Position numbers and translations under genes: made by a program. The notes under the pieces are model-generated. The model saw only the letters and a list, made by a program, of their open reading frames with translations, was not told where the DNA came from and did not search any database. Positions 9,712 to 19,296 of a DNA stretch of 64,000 nucleotides are shown here, in pieces (the stretch's first letter is position 1; the number at the start of each line of letters is the position of its first letter). This stretch comes from a bacterium. Lineage in GTDB: Bacteria > Fidelibacterota > Fidelibacteria > Fidelibacterales > Fidelibacteraceae. The stretch lies in assembly GCA_963676395.1 (NCBI GenBank), contig OY781066.1:1504001-1568000 (forward strand), read 5' to 3'.

Positions 9712-11913
9712 TTATTTAATCGTAAAAGGTAAAATCAAACTAAAACTAAAGTTTCTACCTAAATTACCGTATCCCAAGCCTTTGAGAGTGGACAAATGAT
9801 CAATATAGTATTCATTCAAGATATTGTTTGCCTGAATGGAAACGGTGATAGGTTGACCTTTAATGATGATGTCGCCACCAACTTTGGCATTCACTACAAA
9901 GTAGGGATTGGTTTCTGTTTCAAATCGCGCGGGTTTATCTTGTCTTGCGGCATAAGTTCCACCGATATTGACATAGACCTTGTTAAAGAAAAGTATATCC
10001 GATCTTTGCAGGCCAATATCAAATTTTAGTTTATTTTGTGGAATAAAAGGCAGGTACATTCCATCGGTTTGCTGTCCTAAGGTGTATGTATAAGCAAATT
10101 CGGCAATGAGCCATTCCCAGGGAGTAATGGCTAAGTTAAACTCTGTGCCAAAGATAGAAGCATCGGTTTGTTCGTATTGATAAATATCAATACCCCCGGT
10201 AGTTGTATCTGCTGTCGGAGCCATGTAAATATAATTATTGATCAGGTGGTAATAAGCCGAAGCATCTACCATGAGCCAACCCGAATGGAAATGTGCATTG
10301 ATATCAGTTTCGTAACTGCGCTGAGATTTCAAATCAATATTTCCTATTTCGTAACGATTGCCATGCATTCCATTTTGAGTCATTTCTGCCAAATTGGGTG
10401 TGCGGTAAGCGGTAGCTATATTTCCACGTAATAAAAGCGATGATGAGAGCTGGTAAGTTGCACCCAGTGATGCGGAAACATTACCGTAGTTGGTGTCGAT
10501 CACGGTAGCTGTTTCGGCATAGACATCTCGATGATCGTAACGGAGACCTGTTTGTAAATGAAATTTTTCTTCATTCCCATAGCGCATTAATGCGAATGCT
10601 GAAATGTCACTGACATTGGCATCCGGTAAGACGTGATTGGGAGCCTCGTGATTACGGTTGGTTTTATAAGTACCTTGTATTCCTACAGTATATTCCGATG
10701 CCAATGAAGAAGGTAGATGGGTTTTTAGTTCGTAACTTAAAGTATTCAGGTCCATGTCTACCAACTCAAACGCGGGTGTGCTGTTGCTGGTTTGCAGTCT
10801 GCGATTATTCATCTGGTAGGCAGCATTGATATCTACTTTATAATTATTTAAAAATAATGTATTACGTGTTGAGATCACATGATTGCTCAAATCCTGATAC
10901 CAGAATTCGTTTATCCGATCATTTTCAGCGATCAAGCTTAGAACATCCGGAACAGACATACCAAGTTTATCCCGGTTATAATCGTAGTAGATCCTGAAGA
11001 GTCCGAAAGAATTATGCAATCCGGTGCTGGCTTTAAAACTTGCGGTGTTAAAACGAGTATTGGGTATATAATTATTCGTTCCGTCTATATAATCTTTATG
11101 AGATTTTATACCACCACGAAGAGTCCAATATATTGATTCACCACTGCCTTTTAATCCAAGATTACTGACAAGTCCCATGGTATTTGAATGTGTTTGCAGG
11201 TTATAATCACCCACTATCTTTCCGACAGGTGCGGGCTTTTCTTTAACCACATTGATAACACCACCAACTGCATCAGAACCGTATAACAAGGAAGCCGGAC
11301 CTTTGATTATTTCAATATGGTCAATACCAAATTCGTCTATTAAAAAGGGGTGATTCTCCGAAAATTGAAAATTTTCGAGTTTAACACCATTGTTCAGCAT
11401 AAGGATATTGGTCATGGACAAACCGCGAATAACTGGCTTACCAACACCGCTTCCCTTAGCTATCATATCAACGCCGGCTATAGAGCTGATTGCTTCGGTA
11501 AACGAGGGTGTACCGCTTTGAGCGATCTCATTGGGTTTAAGAGTCTCAATGTTAATTGCGTTTTCATGTTGACTGGAATACGAGCCACCCGAAACAATAA
11601 TTTCAGGTGATTTTAAAACAACAGGCTTGAGTTTAACATTAAGATTTGCTTTGTCTTCTGTTAACTGGAGAGAAAAGACTTGACTGGCAAAGCCGATATA
11701 TGAAAATTCAATTTTGATTTTTCCTTGTGGGATATCGCTGAGTTTAAAATGCCCGTCTTCATCTGTCATGCATCCTTTTCCCTGTTCGGGAAGAAAAACA
11801 TTAACATAGGGTATTGTCTTACCGGTTTTACTGCTTTGTACAACACCGGATATTGAATGTTGTGCAAATAAAATAGAAACACAAAGTAAGATGGCTAATA
11901 ATATTTTTTTCAT
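9712..11913 (-). CDS. TonB-dependent receptor with N-terminal carboxypeptidase-regulatory-like domain; probable metal uptake
   Basis: Signal peptide, plug motifs KPVIRGL and IEIIKGPASLLYGSDAVGGVIN, C-terminal NILN.YY.DHLS..K..GRN. Confidence 0.93.
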   Translation of the reverse strand: MKKILLAILLCVSILFAQHSISGVVQSSKTGKTIPYVNVFLPEQGKGCMTDEDGHFKLSDIPQGKIKIEFSYIGFASQVFSLQLTEDKANLNVKLKPVVLKSPEIIVSGGSYSSQHENAINIETLKPNEIAQSGTPSFTEAISSIAGVDMIAKGSGVGKPVIRGLSMTNILMLNNGVKLENFQFSENHPFLIDEFGIDHIEIIKGPASLLYGSDAVGGVINVVKEKPAPVGKIVGDYNLQTHSNTMGLVSNLGLKGSGESIYWTLRGGIKSHKDYIDGTNNYIPNTRFNTASFKASTGLHNSFGLFRIYYDYNRDKLGMSVPDVLSLIAENDRINEFWYQDLSNHVISTRNTLFLNNYKVDINAAYQMNNRRLQTSNSTPAFELVDMDLNTLSYELKTHLPSSLASEYTVGIQGTYKTNRNHEAPNHVLPDANVSDISAFALMRYGNEEKFHLQTGLRYDHRDVYAETATVIDTNYGNVSASLGATYQLSSSLLLRGNIATAYRTPNLAEMTQNGMHGNRYEIGNIDLKSQRSYETDINAHFHSGWLMVDASAYYHLINNYIYMAPTADTTTGGIDIYQYEQTDASIFGTEFNLAITPWEWLIAEFAYTYTLGQQTDGMYLPFIPQNKLKFDIGLQRSDILFFNKVYVNIGGTYAARQDKPARFETETNPYFVVNAKVGGDIIIKGQPITVSIQANNILNEYYIDHLSTLKGLGYGNLGRNFSFSLILPFTIK

Positions 11914-11917
11914 CAAT

Positions 11918-12003
11918 TATTCCTTTAATAAAATGATTTTTTTAGATTTTGACGAACTGATAAGTATGTCAAAAAAGTAGGAAGTAATATTTTATCAGGA
12001 ACA
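11918..12003 (-). promoter_or_regulatory. predicted SD-sequestering RNA stem between uORF end and TonB receptor start
   Basis: UGUUCCU-G-AUAAAAU (12003-11989) complementary to AUUUUAU-UAA-AGGAAUA (11934-11918); inner hairpin TTTTGAC/GTCAAAA (11947-11974). Confidence 0.6.
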
Positions 12004-12345
12004 TTCGGGTGGAGCCCGAAGCTTGATGAACGATGGATTTAATGTTGAGAGTTTTAGAGATTTATATTGAAGGGGAATGTCTATAAGATCATTGCGATCT
12101 ATTGATAGGAAAAAGTAATCACATTGTAGACTATGTGGAAATTCATAAGCACAAACAGGACATTGTTTTTCATAGTGTTTCATGACCGGACTGTGTTCAT
12201 GATGAATGTCATGATGGTGGTGGGGAATGTATAAGGTATGAGTTGTTTGAAATAAAATAGGAAAAAAGAAGAGGCTAATAAGACAAATTGCCAAAAGTCT
12301 ATTGTGTATAATTGTTCTATTATTATTCAATTTCCAATTTTTCAT
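11995..12345 (-). CDS. DUF2946-like leader protein: TM/signal, His-rich tract, CxxC, C-terminal LRAPP
   Basis: LLAICLISLFFFPILF; HHHHDIHHEH; CPVC; LRAPPECS*. Confidence 0.8.
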   Translation of the reverse strand: MKNWKLNNNRTIIHNRLLAICLISLFFFPILFQTTHTLYIPHHHHDIHHEHSPVMKHYEKQCPVCAYEFPHSLQCDYFFLSIDRNDLIDIPLQYKSLKLSTLNPSFIKLRAPPECS

Positions 12346-12351
12346 AGTGAT

Positions 12352-12380
12352 ATCTTATTGATAAATATTATTTTGAGCAA
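12352..12380 (-). promoter_or_regulatory. sigma70-like promoter implying leaderless uORF mRNA
   Basis: TTGCTC-N17-TAAGAT-N6-ATG; no SD. Confidence 0.55.
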
Positions 12381-12467
12381 GAAATTAATGATTAGGAATA
12401 GAGAGAGAAAAAATAGAGAGTTTCTTTTTTTAGATTAAAATGCCTTTTACCAAATCACCGAAACCGG

Positions 12468-14009
12468 CTAGTGGCTCACCGTTATTATTTTCATTGCACA
12501 GCGGATACCATCAGCAGCCGAAGAAATAATTCCCCCGGCATAACCACTCGCTTCACCAATAATATATAGGTTGTCATATCCTTGACATAAGCCAAATTTA
12601 TCTCGATCGGCTTGGAGTGGTGATGAGGTTTTGCTTTCCAGTCCCATGAGGATTCCTTGATCAAACCCCTTCATCATGCCATTAAAATTCTTTAAACCTT
12701 GGGTCAGAGCCGTGCTGACAGCTTTGGGGATCATATTGTATAAAGCGCCGGAATAAAGCCCTAAAGCATATGAACCGTTAAAATTATTTCGACTTTTTCG
12801 TTTCTTGATATAGTCCGATGCTTTTGTGGCAGGAATGCTGTAATCGTCGGAATAATGATAGAATTTTTCTTCCAGTTTATCCATCCAATCCAGGATTTCA
12901 TTGGGAGTACAGCTATGTCCCAGTAATACATCAGGATGTATACCGGTAACGCACGCTGCGTTGGAGAATTGGCCATTACGCTGATAATAGCTCATGCCGT
13001 TGACGATGTTTTTTTCGCGAAAAGTGGCTGATTGAACCACTTGGCCACCGGGACACATACAAAAAGTATATACCGGGAGCCCGCTTGATGTCTTAGTGGT
13101 CAATCTATATTCTGCCGCCTTAACACCTGGAAGTTCTTCGTGACCACCCCATTGGATACGATTGATCAGGGTGCGAGGGTGCTCAATTCGGTGCCCGATA
13201 GCAAATTGTTTGGTGTGAAAAGATACACCGCGTTTTATCAGCATTCTGTATGTATCGTAGGCTGAATGTCCGGGCGCCAAAAGCACATGATCGGCGCTAA
13301 TGTCTCCTTGGGAGCTTTCAATGCCCTGTGCATGGCCATTCTTGATATGAATATCGCTCATGTGGGTATCAAACAAGATGTTTCCACCATTGGCAAGAAA
13401 ACTTTCACGCAGGTTTTTTACAATGCGTTTTAGATTATCGGTTCCCAAATGCGGATGAGCCATGTACATGATCTCTTCGGGTGCTCCGGCTTTTACATAT
13501 TCTTGCAAGATAAATTGCCGTTCTTTAGAAATATGTTTTGAGCGTGATGTAAGTTTCCCGTCAGAAAAAGTTCCGGCACCACCTTCGCCAAAGGCATAAT
13601 TATTGTTTTCGGAAAAGTTTTTGTTTTTTTCAAGATCTTTTATAGCCTTGTCACGTTTTGCAACGTCAGATCCGCGTTCAACAATACTTACATCAAAGCC
13701 GGCTTTTTGTAGGACATGAGCAGAAAAAAATCCGGCCGGACCACTGCCGATAACGATAACGGTTTCATTTCTTTTTTTATAGGGAATTTCTAATGAAGGT
13801 GGCAGGGTATAGTTTTCACCCTCAAGGGCGGGAGAGGAAATAACAAGGTTGGTTTGCCAGTGAATATGGCTTTTTTTGCGAGCATCCAGACTTTTTTTTT
13901 CAATTACATAAGTGAAATCACTTAGTGCAAAACGATCTTTGATGATCTGTTTAATATGATCATCCTTGAAATTGGTGGGTAGTTTTACCTGGATCTTTTT
14001 ATAGCCCAT
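12468..14009 (-). CDS. FAD-dependent oxidoreductase (uncharacterised dehydrogenase family)
   Basis: GSGPAG, FGEGGAGTFSDGKL, TFCMCPGG, GYAGGIISSAADG; start at MGYKK. Confidence 0.88.
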   Translation of the reverse strand: MGYKKIQVKLPTNFKDDHIKQIIKDRFALSDFTYVIEKKSLDARKKSHIHWQTNLVISSPALEGENYTLPPSLEIPYKKRNETVIVIGSGPAGFFSAHVLQKAGFDVSIVERGSDVAKRDKAIKDLEKNKNFSENNNYAFGEGGAGTFSDGKLTSRSKHISKERQFILQEYVKAGAPEEIMYMAHPHLGTDNLKRIVKNLRESFLANGGNILFDTHMSDIHIKNGHAQGIESSQGDISADHVLLAPGHSAYDTYRMLIKRGVSFHTKQFAIGHRIEHPRTLINRIQWGGHEELPGVKAAEYRLTTKTSSGLPVYTFCMCPGGQVVQSATFREKNIVNGMSYYQRNGQFSNAACVTGIHPDVLLGHSCTPNEILDWMDKLEEKFYHYSDDYSIPATKASDYIKKRKSRNNFNGSYALGLYSGALYNMIPKAVSTALTQGLKNFNGMMKGFDQGILMGLESKTSSPLQADRDKFGLCQGYDNLYIIGEASGYAGGIISSAADGIRCAMKIITVSH

Positions 14010-14146
14010 TAGGGATCCTGTTTCATTTGTTACTGTTGAAAGATAATGGTAGTGTATTGATAAAAAAAGGACAAAGCACGACAACGAGATGAAAAGTCAA
14101 GGAGGAAGATACATGATAATTTGTAAAAAAATCTCAGGTAAATTAC

Positions 14147-15136
14147 TTAATGTTCATTTAAATATTTTGCTATTCTATCCTTTACGTTTTGGCGCAAATT
14201 TTCATAAAAGAAAGCATAATCATATCGATGATAAACACCTTTTCCAAAGACAGTATTGCCCGGAGCGAGTTGATTTGGGTCAGGAGTGGATGTTATAACT
14301 ACACCTCGCGATAGATCAAGAGAAGCGTCTGCAAAATGAGAAACATGTGATATGACACCTAGAGAATCCCAAAGGATAGAACCAAGATTTTCTGAGGCAG
14401 GGGCCAGAGTATCGTCGCGACGCCAATTGATGGGGTTGATTGCATTTGCACCTTCTAAAACAATCGGATTTCCGGGTTCACCAATTTGAGGTGCTTCGGT
14501 ATTATAGGAAATAATAACTCCTATGTCGTTGGAAGAATCTGCAAAACTCAAATGTGGATTATCTGAAAGGTAAGTGTCTGTAACAGAATAACCTATCACA
14601 TACGCTGCTATCATACGTTTGTAAACAGCCGGGTGATCTGCCATGTAGTCGGAAAGTAAGAATAACAGAAGCGCAGAACCCTGAGAATGTCCGGCAAGTA
14701 TAAAGGGACGATTATTATTTAAATATTTAATGTAATACCGAAAAGCGTTTTTGATACTTGAATAGGGGATGTCTCCCACAAGACTATCTTTTTGAGCGCT
14801 AGATAAAAAAAGCGTACCGGCGGCATCGGCCTGGCGATAAAATGGTGCATAAATATTGGCTAAAGAATCAAAGATAGTAGCCTGGCGAGAAAAAGGAACC
14901 GATGCACCTTGTATCATCATGGAATTATTAAGTTCACAAATCAGGGGATCCGTATCATTCACTTTGGTATAAACCGTGGGGTAGACATAAAAAACATCCA
15001 CATTTTTATCGGGACTTTGTGGCAAAGAAAGCCAATGTGAGTTTTCGGCATAAATAGATTTACTTGAAAATATATTGCAAGAAATCAGAATAAGAGTGCA
15101 AATAAATAAAAATAATATGTGTTTAAATTTTGTCAT
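14147..15136 (-). CDS. DUF3089-type alpha/beta-hydrolase lipoprotein
   Basis: Lipobox LISC; DVFYVYPT, APFYRQ, GHSQG nucleophile elbow, YH.YDY. Confidence 0.85.
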   Translation of the reverse strand: MTKFKHILFLFICTLILISCNIFSSKSIYAENSHWLSLPQSPDKNVDVFYVYPTVYTKVNDTDPLICELNNSMMIQGASVPFSRQATIFDSLANIYAPFYRQADAAGTLFLSSAQKDSLVGDIPYSSIKNAFRYYIKYLNNNRPFILAGHSQGSALLLFLLSDYMADHPAVYKRMIAAYVIGYSVTDTYLSDNPHLSFADSSNDIGVIISYNTEAPQIGEPGNPIVLEGANAINPINWRRDDTLAPASENLGSILWDSLGVISHVSHFADASLDLSRGVVITSTPDPNQLAPGNTVFGKGVYHRYDYAFFYENLRQNVKDRIAKYLNEH

Positions 15137-15148
15137 TATTCTTTATTT

Positions 15149-15260
15149 TTCACTGTTCACTGTTCACTGTTCACTGTTCACTGTTCACTGTTCACTGTTC
15201 ACTGTTCACTGTTCACTGTTCACTGTTCACTGTTCACTGTTCACTGTTCACTGTTCACTG
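15149..15260. repeat. perfect heptamer tandem repeat (TTCACTG)x16
   Basis: 16 exact copies; supplies last codons and TGA stop of the 15248-15532 gene. Confidence 0.97.
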
Positions 15261-15532
15261 TTATATTTCTTCTCTGCCGCATTCCATGATAAGAGTCCTA
15301 CAAAATATCCGGCGATCAAAAAGATACCTAATGAAATTAGCAGGTGAAGATACCAGGGAATAGAAGCATTTTCGCTGAGATTAAGAAAGAAAAATGCTAA
15401 AGCCATAATGAGGCCCCAAAACAACATACCATAAATCAGGATGAATTTAGTTTTGCCCATTTTACGGGTTTCGGCCCAGTTAGATTTGTTTTTTTGGAGC
15501 TTTTTTGACTTATTATCTTTTAAGCTGCTCAT
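15248..15532 (-). CDS. small two-TM membrane protein (paralog family copy 1)
   Basis: W..TR..GK.KFI...G..VGL..WN..EK.Y shared with 18542-18820. Confidence 0.8.
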   Translation of the reverse strand: MSSLKDNKSKKLQKNKSNWAETRKMGKTKFILIYGMLFWGLIMALAFFFLNLSENASIPWYLHLLISLGIFLIAGYFVGLLSWNAAEKKYNSEQ

Positions 15533-15535
15533 GAA

Positions 15536-15643
15536 TTATCCTTTAATTGCGAATTGTTTGTTATTGTGATAGCTCTCTGAAGCAAGTTCGATCACGGCAA
15601 TAACAATGAAAAATGCAATGAGTGTGATGTTAGCGACTTCCAT
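15536..15643 (-). CDS. possible 35-aa single-TM peptide
   Basis: MEVANITLIAFFIVIAVIELASESYHNNKQFAIKG*, fills the gap between two co-oriented genes. Confidence 0.3.
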   Translation of the reverse strand: MEVANITLIAFFIVIAVIELASESYHNNKQFAIKG

Positions 15644-15651
15644 ATAACATT

Positions 15652-16008
15652 TTATTCTTCGATGCTAATATTGAACTCGTAATAATCCTCTGATTTAAAG
15701 GTACCATACCAACGCAAATGTCCGGCTCCGACTTTGATATAATCTTCACCTGTATAGGCACTGTCGGGTAGATAGTAGATGTAGATTTTGGCATTATCAG
15801 TTCTGAAAATACTGATACTGTCGGCATGCTCGGGTGCAATGACAATAGAGAAATTTTCAACGATACCATATAAATTAGTCGCAATGCTGTCAGCTTTATT
15901 TTGTTGAAGCGTCACGTTATAAGTGGTGGTTGATGGTTCTGACGTGTTGCAGGCGGCAAATGCCAACAGGGTGAGAATGACAAGGAGGAAGAGGAGAGTT
16001 TTCCGCAT
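15652..16008 (-). CDS. small lipoprotein, possibly Ig-like
   Basis: Lipobox FAAC; 'YYLPDSAYTGEDY' resembles bacterial Ig-like repeats. Confidence 0.7.
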   Translation of the reverse strand: MRKTLLFLLVILTLLAFAACNTSEPSTTTYNVTLQQNKADSIATNLYGIVENFSIVIAPEHADSISIFRTDNAKIYIYYLPDSAYTGEDYIKVGAGHLRWYGTFKSEDYYEFNISIEE

Positions 16009-16132
16009 GGGTTTCCTTTTTAATTTTTATGATTGTACATCTGTTTTGTTATCGGGGATATATAATCACCATTTATTATGCGTATTTCTAAAAACGTTGT
16101 TTCCGTTATGACGAAAGCGGACAGGCATAGAA

Positions 16133-17152
16133 TTACCATCGGTTATATACTTTCTCGGCAAAACCGAAAAATTTATCTAATTTTAGAACTGTTCCATCAT
16201 CAAGTACGGCTTTTCCGGAGAAATAACCAAAAACTTGATGTTGGTCTGATTTAATAAGGAGCAGGTTGGCATTGGAATGACGGTCGAGCACGGGCATGAA
16301 ATCCATTTCAAAGCGTCCGTCAGAGGAGCTGAATGTCCAAGGGTCCATAAAGCTATTATCGGGGATGTTAAAGGAAACATCTTTTAACTTATGGATATCA
16401 CCTTTGTAAAAGAGCATGTTTTCGGTTGCAGCTGAAGTATCACCAAAACCGTAGCCGATATTAAAGCCAAAAAGTTCGCCGTCCAATTCTCCCGAAGCAC
16501 TACCCCAGTACCAGGTGTTATCGTAAGTCCACACACCTCGACCCCAATCCAAAACACCAAAGGATGGAATATCTTCCATATTCAGTGCTCTTGAGCCGAA
16601 AAATATCTCACCTTTTGCTCGCATATTATTGGTCTTTTGGTTGTAATAAAAGCGTCCTGCTTTTTTAAAGGGTGTGGCAATAACCATAGATTTATGATCG
16701 GGATCTTTTTTTAATTTGATATCTGCACTCAGTGCTAAACCCCGGTGAAAATTATCGATCTTGACTGAGATATCTCTTTCGTTTTTCCCGTTCTTAAATA
16801 TTAAAGAAAACCCTTTTTTAAGGAATTTTACATCGCCGGTCTCTGTCGTGGCAGGCATCTTAAATTTTCCCAAAGGGAAGGGCGTCATGATGGTTTTTGT
16901 GATTTCATTGGCTGCTTCAAAATCAAATAGCGTGACCGAAATAAAGCCCATATAGCCATTGTCAGCAATGGTAAAAGCAATGCCGTAGCAATCGTTTAGA
17001 ACTGCATAATAATCCCATTCTTTAATGCGACTCTTGGGTGCTTTGATCATTTTTCGATCATAGTCCGAAATGAGTGAAGATGCCCATCCGGGTTCGCGAA
17101 GGAGTCCATTAGGGTTTAGTAAGGGACCTTTTTGAGTGATGTGATGTTGCAT
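16133..17152 (-). CDS. DUF2804 family protein
   Basis: RIKEWDYY, FYYNQK, LDWGRGVW.Y...WYW, QHQVFG.FSG, GFAEKV.NRW. Confidence 0.85.
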   Translation of the reverse strand: MQHHITQKGPLLNPNGLLREPGWASSLISDYDRKMIKAPKSRIKEWDYYAVLNDCYGIAFTIADNGYMGFISVTLFDFEAANEITKTIMTPFPLGKFKMPATTETGDVKFLKKGFSLIFKNGKNERDISVKIDNFHRGLALSADIKLKKDPDHKSMVIATPFKKAGRFYYNQKTNNMRAKGEIFFGSRALNMEDIPSFGVLDWGRGVWTYDNTWYWGSASGELDGELFGFNIGYGFGDTSAATENMLFYKGDIHKLKDVSFNIPDNSFMDPWTFSSSDGRFEMDFMPVLDRHSNANLLLIKSDQHQVFGYFSGKAVLDDGTVLKLDKFFGFAEKVYNRW

Positions 17153-17162
17153 GGTTTTTCCT

Positions 17163-17963
17163 TTATTCTTGCGATAAAGATTTTCTTTTTATTAGTGTAT
17201 AAATCGTAAGGATTACAAGAAGTCCTATTGCTATCGACACGGTTAAAATAATATCTTTGTGTATTATGTCGGCATGTGTCCGTTTTAGCCAAATACCAAT
17301 AAGCGCCCAGATGATGACCAAGGCAAAGCAGATATTATTTCTTTTGAATAGCATAATAACCGTAAGGCAAGCTGCGATCAGGATGAGTGTGATCGTCCAG
17401 ATGTTTTCGGGAACACCCCAAGCGCCCCAGTTTTTTGCAACGAAAAGTGCGGTGGAATTTGCAATGGTTGCAACGGTGATCCAACCAAGATAAATATTTA
17501 TAGGAGCCGAAATAGTTAAGGTTTGGAGAAATCCCTTAGTTTTAAGCTTAGATGTTTTTAGGAAGAGATAGATTAATGTGACAAGCAGAGCCAGCATGAT
17601 AAATTCTGACAGTAGAATTAATTTATAATGCCAAGAAATAATCCAGCTCGCATTTAATATACATGTTATGGCAAAAGCTAATTGTGTTTTAACATCCAAG
17701 CATTCAAGTTTTTCTTTTATTGCAGAAACAAGAGCATTTACTATATAGATAAACAAGAGTAAATAGATCACACCCCAAATAGAAAAAGTCAATCCTGCCG
17801 GAACAAAGAGATTTGGATATAAAGCTGAAAGCTCCCCGGTATTTAAGCCATTGATGGGTAAAATATTGGCAAGGGCATTAACGGTGATCATGGCAAAAAA
17901 TAGAACAGTATTTATAATGGTCAGCATGATAAACTGTTTTGGTGACACTGATTTTTTAGACAT
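17163..17963 (-). CDS. Trp-rich multi-pass membrane protein (TspO-like)
   Basis: VNALANILP.NG, PAG.TFSIWGVIY, IYLGWITVATIAN. Confidence 0.75.
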   Translation of the reverse strand: MSKKSVSPKQFIMLTIINTVLFFAMITVNALANILPINGLNTGELSALYPNLFVPAGLTFSIWGVIYLLLFIYIVNALVSAIKEKLECLDVKTQLAFAITCILNASWIISWHYKLILLSEFIMLALLVTLIYLFLKTSKLKTKGFLQTLTISAPINIYLGWITVATIANSTALFVAKNWGAWGVPENIWTITLILIAACLTVIMLFKRNNICFALVIIWALIGIWLKRTHADIIHKDIILTVSIAIGLLVILTIYTLIKRKSLSQE

Positions 17964-18112
17964 AAAACACTCCTTTGCAAAACTTTATCAGAGTAATTTA
18001 ATGATAATGAATTTATAGAATAAATGTGTATAAGGCAAGAAGAGTAAGGTAGAGAGTAAGTGAGCAACAAAATATCTCGTTTACTTGCTCCGTATCACTT
18101 ACTTTTAATTTC

Positions 18113-18528
18113 TTAAAAAGCATATCCAAGCCCGGCATAAAATATTTTTGGGAAACTGACTCCAAATCTAAAAACGGGTGAATGCGATTGTTTTTGAAGT
18201 CTTAAACCAAGATTAGCAATTGGTATCTCGCTCCAATATCCCAGTTTAAGAGTTTAGCTTAAGATAGAATTTGTACAGACATGTCAGCATTCATTTCTTC
18301 CACATTAAAAGGGGAAATGCAATACCCGTAACTGTCTTTTTTTCATATTTCATTGATAAGATCATGATCAAATTCATTTATCATTCGTTCATATGAAATA
18401 TGGGCACCTATGATAAAAAGACCATAATCTACTGTATTATAAACAGTATTTTTGCATTCTTTTTCAATTTCTACAGCAAAACTTCATACTGAGATAAAAA
18501 TAAATATTGGAACAAGAATAATTCTCAC
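18113..18528 (-). pseudogene. decayed small outer-membrane beta-barrel-like gene
   Basis: GTG start, signal-like VRIILVPIFIFISV*SFA, in-frame TGA/TGA/TAA stops, length not divisible by 3, ends VFRFGVSFPKIFYAGLGYAF*. Confidence 0.6.
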
Positions 18529-18541
18529 CAGGAAAAATTTT

Positions 18542-18820
18542 CTATTTTTTCCCAATATATCTTTTTTCGTTCTGGTTCCAATTTATAAGACCAACAAGGA
18601 AACCTGTTAATGTAAAAATAACAAATGAAGCGATAATATCAAACACCCAGTGTTCCCATGAGTTATCAATTTGCTTATAAAGAAAAAATACAAGCGCCAT
18701 GGTGAGACCATAACCGAGCACCCAATTCCTGAAAATATATTTCATCTTTCCCGTTTCACGGGTAACCGCCCACTGTCTTTTTGCTTCTTCTTCACGTTGT
18801 TTGCGTTTTTCGGAGTTCAT
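18542..18820 (-). CDS. small two-TM membrane protein (paralog family copy 2)
   Basis: WAVTRETGKMKYIF...GFLVGLINWNQNEKRY. Confidence 0.8.
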   Translation of the reverse strand: MNSEKRKQREEEAKRQWAVTRETGKMKYIFRNWVLGYGLTMALVFFLYKQIDNSWEHWVFDIIASFVIFTLTGFLVGLINWNQNEKRYIGKK

Positions 18821-19071
18821 TTAAAAATCCTTTTAAAATGTTTTTCGTTGATATGCCAATTTATATATCCAATCAGTAATCCACAACTTAGGCAAATTGT
18901 AATTAGGAATGGTATGGCTAGTAGGCAATTTTCTATGGAATTTTTTAAAACGAAAAAAACAAAAAATCCCACAGCACTAGGCAAAGCAAATGAAAGAATT
19001 CCATGTCTGAAAATATAATTCCATTTTCCCTTCTTACGAATTTGTGACCTTATAGTTCTATTGTTATAATA
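18817..19071 (-). pseudogene. third paralog of the small two-TM family, lacking an obvious start codon
   Basis: Open frame RSQIRKKGKWNYIFRHGIL...GLLIGYINWHINEKHF; TGA overlaps ATG of copy 2; family Trp appears as AGG. Confidence 0.65.
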
Positions 19072-19238
19072 TTAAGAAATAATAATGAGAGATACAATAA
19101 AATGTTTCGACTGTGTGTCCGCCAAAAAACAAAAGGGTGATTCGAGAATCGCCTGTACATGTGTACGAAATAATGTGTTCATTCGAATCCTTGATTCCCT
19201 GCCTCAAAATATCTATTTTGCACAAGCTGTAAATTTCT

Positions 19239-19267
19239 TGCAATAAAAACACTTTCCTTTCGTTGTA
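19239..19267 (+). promoter_or_regulatory. possible autoregulatory ECF promoter
   Basis: TGCAAT-N16-CGTTGTA about 30 nt upstream of ECF gene. Confidence 0.35.
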
Positions 19268-19296
19268 TTAAGTGAGAACAGGAAAACGGAGACAAA

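Noticed and set aside
7867..15260. CRISPR array interpretation of repeats
   Set aside because: Head-to-tail 7-mers without spacers; no cas genes in the window.
15075..15363. Plus-strand ORFs with repeating SLFTVHC
   Set aside because: Artefacts of translating the heptamer tract antisense to real genes.
18113..18528. TGA recoding (selenocysteine or alternative code)
   Set aside because: Also has TAA stops and a frameshift; TGA terminates ordinary genes elsewhere in the window.
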